Assembly: GCA_964649445.1 (NCBI GenBank)
Contig: CAZYPS010000005.1
Span: 1-54,929 of the forward strand
DNA from: an uncultured Thermotogae bacterium
GTDB taxonomy: Bacteria > Bipolaricaulota > Bipolaricaulia > M55B111
DNA length: 54,929 nucleotides
Reading direction: 5' to 3'
This document shows positions 38,233 to 45,427 of the stretch, in pieces. Under the pieces are notes generated by a model. It searched no databases. It saw nothing but the letters and a program-made list of their open reading frames with translations, and had not been told where the DNA came from. The position numbers and the translations under genes were made by a program. Position 1 is the first letter of the stretch, and each line of letters starts with the position of its first letter.

Positions 38233-38327
38233 TCGAAAGTTGTAGGGAGGTATGAGTTAGGCCACGTAGCCTGGAGCCCTGGAGGCTGTCCAGTGGGGAT
38301 TTTGGCTTAAATTTTAGACAAAAACAA

Positions 38328-39413
38328 ATGCAAATTAACTCAAAAACAGTAGGATACTTCGTTCAAAATAGGAAAAGATGGGATGATGCGTATTTTGGTA
38401 GAGGTAATGTAGAAGGAACGCCGGCGTACGCTCAGCTCCACGAATACGCGATGGTCCAATCGCCACTGAGCGGTGAGGAGTTTTACACGGACGGGGAGGA
38501 ACTGGTTAATTGGGAAGCCAGAACTGCTCACGAACTTCGCCTCGATATACCCGATATTACGTTCGATTGCTATAATATCGAAGTCGAAGCCCTGGGGGGT
38601 GAGGTTAGATATTTTGACGATAAAGCCCCAGGGTTGATAGACCCTCCAGTGGAAAATAAGAGTGAATTACTCCGCCTTGATCCTCCCGACCCATACAGGG
38701 ATGGAAGGATGCCTTTTGTCTTTGAAATAGTTGAGGAGTACGAGAATTTGTTCGGCTGTTTCCCGAGATTAAACGTTACTGCCCCGTTTACCCTGGCGGC
38801 GAAACTGCGAGGGGTCCAGAACTTTTTGATGGACATAGTGCGGGATAGTAGTTTCGTTAAAGACTTATTGAGCTTTGTAACCGAGGAAGTGCTTGAGCCG
38901 TATATTAATGCCATTAAAGCGGTCAGAAGCTACGAAGGAGAAGTAATTGCCGCTGATGCCATCGCTTCCCCACCGAACCTGGACCTGGATTTATTGGAAG
39001 AGCTGGCCCTACAACCTCTTTTACAACTAAAGAAGTCCTGCGGGGAAGACGTAGTTATCCTGAACTGGTGGGGGGAAAGCCATGTCAAAGATCCCAATAG
39101 GTTGATGGAATTAAAAACCCGTGCCAGTTCCGGAAAGGTGTTAGAGGGCCAGGACCCCGATGTTAACGAACTCGGTCCTGAAAGATACCGGGATTTCGCC
39201 TTATCACGTGATACGTCCCTTATACTGGGAGTTGGGACGGATATGATGATGATGGGAGATCCGACTTCAGTAAAAGAAAGAGTGAAAAGATATTTAAAGG
39301 TCGGAGAAGATATGAAAGGTAGGTTCTTGCTTTATTTTACGAACCTCGTCGGAGATACGCCCCTGGAAAATATTCAAGCTGCCATGGGAGTTTTGAAGGA
39401 ATCTGGCAATTGA
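38328..39413 (+). CDS. Uroporphyrinogen decarboxylase/MtaA-CmuA fold protein of unknown function
   Basis: D.YNIE.EALG, DP..DGRMP, APFTLA..LRG...FLMD, D..ASP, TPLENI.A. It lacks the UroD MRQAGR motif and the MtaA Zn ligands (HxC...C). Confidence 0.8.
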   Translation: MQINSKTVGYFVQNRKRWDDAYFGRGNVEGTPAYAQLHEYAMVQSPLSGEEFYTDGEELVNWEARTAHELRLDIPDITFDCYNIEVEALGGEVRYFDDKAPGLIDPPVENKSELLRLDPPDPYRDGRMPFVFEIVEEYENLFGCFPRLNVTAPFTLAAKLRGVQNFLMDIVRDSSFVKDLLSFVTEEVLEPYINAIKAVRSYEGEVIAADAIASPPNLDLDLLEELALQPLLQLKKSCGEDVVILNWWGESHVKDPNRLMELKTRASSGKVLEGQDPDVNELGPERYRDFALSRDTSLILGVGTDMMMMGDPTSVKERVKRYLKVGEDMKGRFLLYFTNLVGDTPLENIQAAMGVLKESGN

Positions 39414-39468
39414 GCCCAAGGTTGGTAGAATTTCACATTTTTTCCTGCTGGACGTGAAGGAGGCACAA

Positions 39469-40257
39469 ATGATTAAAGGGTTTATATTCGATTTGGATGG
39501 GACTGTCTACTTGAGTGACAAACTTATTCCGGGTGTAGAAGAGTTAGTGAATGGGTTAAAGAAAAATGATTACAGAATGGTCTACCTTTCTAACAAACCC
39601 TTACAGAGAAGATCCACTTACGCGAAAAAGTTAACGGAACTTGGAATTACTACCCCTGAGGATCAGGTGGTAAACTCTTCTTACGTCATGGCTAACCATA
39701 TTTCAAAAGTTGCTCCCGGGGCGAGTGTTTACGTGATAGGGGAAAAGCCGTTAATTGACGAACTGGAAGAGGCTGGATTAAGGATAACAGAGGATCCCGA
39801 GCAAATAGATTATGTCGTAGCAAGTTTCGATCGGGATTTTCACTATGACAAGCTCCAGATAGCTTACGAAGCCATCAAGCACGGGGCGAATTTTGTCGCA
39901 ACAAACCCGGATCGCACCTGTCCGGTTGAGGGAGGAGAGGTACCTGACGCGGCAGGGATGATTGGAGCAATCGAAGGAGTAACTGGAAAACAGGTAGAGA
40001 AAATTGCCGGAAAGCCCTCCGAGTTAATGGTGGAGGCGGCACTTGATAGGCTGGAAATTAAACCCGAAGAGTGTCTTTTAGTGGGGGACAGATTGGAAAC
40101 CGATATTAAGATGGGAAATAACAGTGGAATAAGCACGGCTTTAGTCCTATCCGGGGTAACTGATCTTGAGGATCTGGAAAAGTCCTCCGTTAAACCGACG
40201 TATGTATTGGAAGATTTATCCCAGTTGCCGGAGAAAGTGGAGCTGGTTGATATTTAG
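39469..40257 (+). CDS. HAD-IIA (NagD-like) phosphatase
   Basis: ATG 39469 after AAGGAGG; FDLDGT, LSN, ATNPD, GKPS, VGDRLETDI, LVLSGVT. Confidence 0.92.
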   Translation: MIKGFIFDLDGTVYLSDKLIPGVEELVNGLKKNDYRMVYLSNKPLQRRSTYAKKLTELGITTPEDQVVNSSYVMANHISKVAPGASVYVIGEKPLIDELEEAGLRITEDPEQIDYVVASFDRDFHYDKLQIAYEAIKHGANFVATNPDRTCPVEGGEVPDAAGMIGAIEGVTGKQVEKIAGKPSELMVEAALDRLEIKPEECLLVGDRLETDIKMGNNSGISTALVLSGVTDLEDLEKSSVKPTYVLEDLSQLPEKVELVDI

Positions 40258-40349
40258 CAACGATGATATTTTCTTTTTATGAGTCCGATTGAATACCTTG
40301 CCTTGCTAGTAAGGTTTATTGCTTGTGATATTAACTAACTTTTCCCTTC

Positions 40350-40530
40350 AGTCAATTTCCCGCCCGCCCGGGCGGAGCTTGTAGAAAACCTCTTTACAAT
40401 TAACGGCTGCATACTTCAAAAACGCGAGACCCGGCAGACAATCGAGCCCACCTCTGAGCTTTGCGCCGGATAAGAAATATCATCTCACATAACAACCAGC
40501 AGTTCTTAAGAGATGTATCCTCGATTGACT
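40350..40530 (+). mobile_element. Possible IS200/IS605-superfamily (IscB/omega-RNA-like) left-end remnant
   Basis: GTCAATTTCCCGCCCGCCCGGGCGGAGCTTG resembles, from memory, the GTCAA..CCC-hairpin-GGAGCTTG start of IscB/HEARO elements. AGTCAAT (40350) is complementary to ATTGACT (40524). No transposase or nuclease ORF is present. Confidence 0.35.
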
Positions 40531-40564
40531 ACTGGTAGTTGGTAAAATGACGTGAAGATGTACC

Positions 40565-41509
40565 CTAGATCGCCATATCGAGACCTTTATAAAGCAAGAA
40601 TGCGAAAAGAGCAGCTGCCGTAGGAGTAGCCACCCAGCCAATAACGATTTCGATTATCTTTCTAAAACTTACCGTGCTTGTACCTTTCACGAGTCCGACG
40701 CCGATTATTGCTCCTACTATGGCCTGAGAGGTGGAGACTGGGATACCAATTATGGAGAAAAAATGGACTGCAACAGCTGCAGCTGTCTGTGCTGCTACGG
40801 CAGAAAGGGGGCCGAGAGTAGTTATCCCTTTACCAACCGTTTCCGTGACCCGTCGTCCGTAAGTAAGCACACCAATAGAAAGAGAAATTCCACCCAGTAA
40901 GGCCAGCCAAGTCTGGTTTATTCCCAGTACAGTTAGGGGACCGACGGAGTTTCCAACGTCATTCGATCCGAGAGAAAACGCCACGTATGCTCCCGAAAGA
41001 ATTACCATATAGCTGAGTAGTTTGTCCCAGAAGGTCACCATTTTTACCCGTTTAAGGAAGAATGAAAGTATGTGGTAAAGAGTAAAACTCATAATTGCCG
41101 TGAGCGGGGGAGATATTACCCAGACTTCCCCTATGGTAATGACCTTAGAGAAATTTACGGCGTTTCCCATAGAAAGACCTGCACCTACTACCCCGCCCAC
41201 TATAGCCTGAGAGGTAGAGACGGGAACTTTGAAGAACGTTGCAAAAGTAACAAAGACGCCGGCGGAAAGCATGGCGGTGAGAACGCCCGTCATGTTGAGC
41301 GGGTTAGGAACTACCCCTTCCCCGATCGTTTTCATTACGTTATGGCTCTGAAGGAGAGCTCCCAGTACTACAAAGATCGCCACGACATAGACCATCTTGC
41401 GGTAAGAAATAAGGCCGGAGCCTACCGGGGTTCCGATACAATTGGCGGTGTCATTGGCTCCAATGTTCCATCCTACGTAAAAGCCCGCGACGATCAATAA
41501 AACTATCAT
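40565..41509 (-). CDS. Inorganic phosphate transporter, PiT family
   Basis: IGANDTAN and LGSNDVGN signature repeats; two PVSTSQAIVG motifs. Confidence 0.92.
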   Translation of the reverse strand: MIVLLIVAGFYVGWNIGANDTANCIGTPVGSGLISYRKMVYVVAIFVVLGALLQSHNVMKTIGEGVVPNPLNMTGVLTAMLSAGVFVTFATFFKVPVSTSQAIVGGVVGAGLSMGNAVNFSKVITIGEVWVISPPLTAIMSFTLYHILSFFLKRVKMVTFWDKLLSYMVILSGAYVAFSLGSNDVGNSVGPLTVLGINQTWLALLGGISLSIGVLTYGRRVTETVGKGITTLGPLSAVAAQTAAAVAVHFFSIIGIPVSTSQAIVGAIIGVGLVKGTSTVSFRKIIEIVIGWVATPTAAALFAFLLYKGLDMAI

Positions 41510-41539
41510 TCCTAATAATCAGGGGCCTGGAACATTGTG

Positions 41540-42247
41540 TTATCGGTTCGTCATAATCCTTATGAAGTTCGCGGCATTTTCAATATGATCCAGAATATTG
41601 TTGGCCTTGAGGGCAACCTGGATTAAGTGATACTTTTCTATTCCTTCCATGTTTTCGGAATTATAAATGGATTTTATCGCTTTTCTCGTTGTCTTATCGG
41701 CGCTGTGTTCCAGGTTGTTTATCTCTTCGATGGATTCTCGGACTTGGTCCAGTTTGCCCTCACCATCGCTGGTACCTTTTATAACCGCCCCGGCATTTAT
41801 GACCAGCTTGCTGTATTCTGAGACTGACTTTTCAAGAATATCGGCCAGACTATTCAGAGAATCCTTGTACTGATCAGGCAATTTATCCGTGAGATTTAAC
41901 AAAGGTAGTAATTCGGCAACATCCTGAGAGTTGTCGGCTATTTCATCCTGGTGCCATAGTAACGATAGCAGGTCCGATCTGGCAACGGGCATTAAAAGAT
42001 CGCTTCGAGGTAACTCCTTCCGAATTTCCTGTTTTTCCTGATCGGCTTCGAATTCGTAATTTGACACCATTTCTCCCTGTATTTCTTTTCCCTGAGTGTA
42101 ATCATGTAATTCTTCTACTAAAGCTTCGACGGTTGCCTCTACTTTTTCGGCGTGTTTAGATAACTGTTCAAATGGCGAAGTCTCAGTTAGATATCCGGCG
42201 AAGGAACGTTTGAAATTTTTAATCTTCTTAAAACTGAAAAACGACAT
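41540..42247 (-). CDS. DUF47 (PhoU-like) phosphate transport regulator
   Basis: E.EAD..K.EIR, PVARSDLL, QD.IAD, LEH.AD, D.IENAA; co-oriented with PiT. Confidence 0.88.
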   Translation of the reverse strand: MSFFSFKKIKNFKRSFAGYLTETSPFEQLSKHAEKVEATVEALVEELHDYTQGKEIQGEMVSNYEFEADQEKQEIRKELPRSDLLMPVARSDLLSLLWHQDEIADNSQDVAELLPLLNLTDKLPDQYKDSLNSLADILEKSVSEYSKLVINAGAVIKGTSDGEGKLDQVRESIEEINNLEHSADKTTRKAIKSIYNSENMEGIEKYHLIQVALKANNILDHIENAANFIRIMTNR

Positions 42248-42694
42248 TCTAACCCTCCAAATTTGCTACCGATAACCTTTAAATATTTTCATGCATATAA
42301 ATATATAGTTTAATTACCTTTATAAGGCTAGTATAATTAAGCAAATTGTTCAAGTGACAAATGACCAAGATGTTTTGTTAGCTTTGGGTTTTTTATTATT
42401 TTATACTGGACTTTTTGTTTTTCAGGCTCCTATTTAAAGTTTCCGGGCTTTACATCAATTGACCGAGGTTAACTTCGAAAATCGCCCGGCGAAAATTGTT
42501 TTAAACTCATGAACCCGGCTCAGGGGATGAGGCTTGCAAAAATCAATTTTCCCGGTTTGGTTTGAACTTTTACTCAAGAGGACCGGTTGATAATTAAACC
42601 AACCGGCTTATTCCCTCGTAGGGCTCGATCTGGAGTATTTCTGCTAGCTTTGGTAATTTAAATCAGCAATGAAGAAGAGGATTGTGGGATCGAG

Positions 42695-43567
42695 ATGAAT
42701 GAGAGCAAAAATAGAAATTTGTTAAATATTGCCCACAGAGGCGCCCGGAGTATAGCACCGGAGAATACACTGGTAGCTGGTAGAAAGGCTTACAGGGAAG
42801 GAGCGGATTTTTGGGAGTTTGACGTTCGACTTACCGGAGATGGAGAACTGATAGTTTTCCACGACGAAACTCTAACACGAACTACTGATGTTTGTGAAGT
42901 CTTTCCTGATAGAGATTATTACAGGGTAAGTAATTTCGATTTTTCCGAAATAAGACGGCTTGATGCGGGCAGCTGGTTTGGGGAATCGGATCCGTTTGGA
43001 GAAGTAAGCCGTGGTGCCATTTCTGGATCCGATTTGAAGTTGTATTCGGGTGTAGAAGTACCTTCGCTTCGGGAGGCTCTGGAGCTAACGAAGTACCTTG
43101 ATTGGAGGGCAAATATTGAACTTAAGTTTTCTAACGGGCGGGAGGCAAAAGTATTGGAAGAGCGAACCACCAGCGTTTTGCGGCAACTCGTTGATTTGGC
43201 TGAGGAATTGGGGGTGCTGAACAGGGTCGTAGTATCATCTTTCAGCCATGGAGCTATCGGGAAGCTAAAAAACTTTCACTCTGCAATAAAAGGTGCTTTG
43301 CTGGTTAAAGAGCCTTTGGCCAGACCTATAGAGTACCTGGAAGAATATAACGCCAAGATCCTTAATTTGAAGGAATCCGCGGTTCAGACGGAGGCGGGGC
43401 TCAGCAATATTAAGGAAATAGGTGGCGCTAGTCCCAAATACGCGGTAAATTTGTGGACCGTCAACAAAAAAGAAAAAATGAAGGAGTACCTCTTGAATCC
43501 GTTTATAGATGGGTTAGTTACTGATTATCCCGGTAGACTGTCGGAGGTTATTTCAGGGTCAGCTTAG
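42695..43567 (+). CDS. ugpQ: Cytoplasmic glycerophosphodiester phosphodiesterase
   Basis: IAHRGA...APENT, EFDV.LT.DG.L..FHD..L.RTT, NIELK, SSF, WTVN, G.VTDYP; no signal peptide. Confidence 0.92.
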   Translation: MNESKNRNLLNIAHRGARSIAPENTLVAGRKAYREGADFWEFDVRLTGDGELIVFHDETLTRTTDVCEVFPDRDYYRVSNFDFSEIRRLDAGSWFGESDPFGEVSRGAISGSDLKLYSGVEVPSLREALELTKYLDWRANIELKFSNGREAKVLEERTTSVLRQLVDLAEELGVLNRVVVSSFSHGAIGKLKNFHSAIKGALLVKEPLARPIEYLEEYNAKILNLKESAVQTEAGLSNIKEIGGASPKYAVNLWTVNKKEKMKEYLLNPFIDGLVTDYPGRLSEVISGSA

Positions 43568-43627
43568 CTGGTTAAGAATTATTGCTTGGAATAAGCACCA
43601 TTAATTTGAATGACTTCTTTGGTTTTC

Positions 43628-43661
43628 TTGACAATACCCTTTTATCTTCCTATGTTATAGT
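43628..43661 (+). promoter_or_regulatory. Promoter of DeoR regulator (probably leaderless transcript)
   Basis: TTGACA 43628-43633; TATGTT at 17 nt spacing and extended -10 TGTTATAGT 43653-43661; no SD before ATG 43668. Confidence 0.55.
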
Positions 43662-43667
43662 TTGATT

Positions 43668-44468
43668 ATGTCTGACATTCTTGCAGAAGAAAGAAGAAGA
43701 AAAATCTTAGAGGAGTTAGAGGCTGAAGGAACTGTTAAGACCGCCCAGCTGGCAAAACTATTTTCCGTTTCGGAAGTGACAATCCGCCGAGACCTCGAGG
43801 TTCTGAAGGAAGAAGGGAAATTGAAGAAGGTCCACGGTGGGGCAGTAGCGAACGAAAAGAACTTTCAGTCTTCCTATCACGGCGATACAATCACATTTGA
43901 GCCATCTTTTCAGGAAAAAGCTGAAGTAAATAAACAGGAAAAGGAAAAGATAGGAGAAAAAGCCGTTTCATTGATTAAAGACGGGAGTTCTGTCTTCATT
44001 GGTACGGGCACTACTACGATGCAGATCGTAAAAAATATTGGAGATAGGGCTGCCCTAACTGTGGTAACGAATTCTCTGAATCACGGGCTGGAGCTGGCGA
44101 GAACTCCCGAGGTAGAGGTATTAATAACCGGCGGGCAATTGCGAAAGAATACTTCCGCTTTAGTCGGCCCAATTGCAAAACGATCATTCGAGGAAATATA
44201 TGTCGATACATTATTCCTCGGGGTAAACGGAATCTCCATTGATCATGGTTATACGGTACCGTCGCTGAGAGAGGCGGACATGGCACGAAGTATTATGGGT
44301 ATGGCCGATGAAGTAATTATAGTGGCTGATTTTTCAAAGTTCGGTAAAGTAAGCCATGCAAAGGTGGCGGAAATTGACGGGGCGCATAGGATCATAACTG
44401 ACGATCAGGTCGACGATTCTTACAGGGAGGCACTTTCCGATATTGGGGTAGATCTGCTGGTGGCTTAA
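43668..44468 (+). CDS. DeoR/GlpR family transcriptional regulator
   Basis: ERR..IL, LA..FSVSEVTIRRDL..L, VHGGA, GTGTTT, VVTNS, ADFSKFG. Confidence 0.93.
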   Translation: MSDILAEERRRKILEELEAEGTVKTAQLAKLFSVSEVTIRRDLEVLKEEGKLKKVHGGAVANEKNFQSSYHGDTITFEPSFQEKAEVNKQEKEKIGEKAVSLIKDGSSVFIGTGTTTMQIVKNIGDRAALTVVTNSLNHGLELARTPEVEVLITGGQLRKNTSALVGPIAKRSFEEIYVDTLFLGVNGISIDHGYTVPSLREADMARSIMGMADEVIIVADFSKFGKVSHAKVAEIDGAHRIITDDQVDDSYREALSDIGVDLLVA

Positions 44469-44563
44469 AGTAAAAAGTATGAGACTGGAAGCTGGTCGGA
44501 ATAAAATTTTTATTATGTAAACTTGTCGTTTAACCTGATACCTGCTATCATCGGGGAGATAAC

Positions 44564-45286
44564 ATGACTGATTATTTGGAGAGTATAAAAGTAGAGCGAG
44601 AATCAATCAGCAGGAAAATAATAAGGCGAATATTAAAACACATTAAAAAAGTCGGCCTGAAGCCGGGGGACAAGCTTCCCTCCGAAAAGGAGCTTATGGA
44701 GAAAATGGAGGTAGGACGGTCCTCTATTAGGGAGGCTCTGCATGCACTTGTTACGGTGGATATTCTGGAGACGAAACCGGGAAAGGGATACTACGTAAAA
44801 AGGAAGTCGAATATATTTTGCCTGCCCGGTGGAAGCGAACTCGCGGAAGTATTGATCGAAGAGCAGGACTTCATGGCGTTGATCGAAGTAAGAAAGTTTC
44901 TGGAGAAGAAAACCGCCGTTCTTGCCTGTCGGAGGGCAACCGAAGATGATGTCGATAAGGTAAAAAGGGTTATGGATGAGATAAAAAATGCCGCCGATAA
45001 GGAGGAGAATATATCGGACGTTACGGTTAATTTACACCTGGCTCTGGCGGAAGCGACCAAAAATCCGATCATGGTCCAGCTTCTTGATCAAATAGTTCCA
45101 CTCATCGTGACCAAGGCCAGACTAATGGAATTACCACCCGAGAAAGATATGGAGATACACGATGGAGTGGCTAAAGCGCTTGAAAACAGAAACGAGGAAG
45201 AGCTCAAAGATTGGGTGGATGAACATCTGGATTATTTAAAGGAAAGATTTATCAGCACCTTAGAAAAACAGGAAACTAAAAATTAG
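44564..45286 (+). CDS. GntR family (FadR subfamily) transcriptional regulator
   Basis: LKPGDKLPSEKEL...VGRSSIREAL..L, G.GYYV; FCD domain with H..LA.AT.N. Confidence 0.92.
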   Translation: MTDYLESIKVERESISRKIIRRILKHIKKVGLKPGDKLPSEKELMEKMEVGRSSIREALHALVTVDILETKPGKGYYVKRKSNIFCLPGGSELAEVLIEEQDFMALIEVRKFLEKKTAVLACRRATEDDVDKVKRVMDEIKNAADKEENISDVTVNLHLALAEATKNPIMVQLLDQIVPLIVTKARLMELPPEKDMEIHDGVAKALENRNEEELKDWVDEHLDYLKERFISTLEKQETKN

Positions 45287-45312
45287 CCCAATTAGACTGG
45301 GTTAACCTTGTT

Positions 45313-45321
45313 GGAGGTGAT
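45313..45321 (+). promoter_or_regulatory. Extra upstream SD-like element (STAB-SD-like) of SBP gene
   Basis: GGAGGTGAT about 106 nt before the SBP ATG, which has its own GAGGTG SD. Confidence 0.5.
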
Positions 45322-45427
45322 TGCGGAGGAGTTCGAGGTAAGGCTTTCTTACATATTAGTAAGAGGCTAGTGGTCTTAATTCGAAGTTAGGGTAATTAAA
45401 CTTACCAAATCTTTACGAGGTGAGAAA

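Noticed and set aside
38328-39413. hemE or methylcobamide:CoM methyltransferase assignment
   Set aside because: It lacks the MRQAGR motif and the Zn-binding HxC/C residues.
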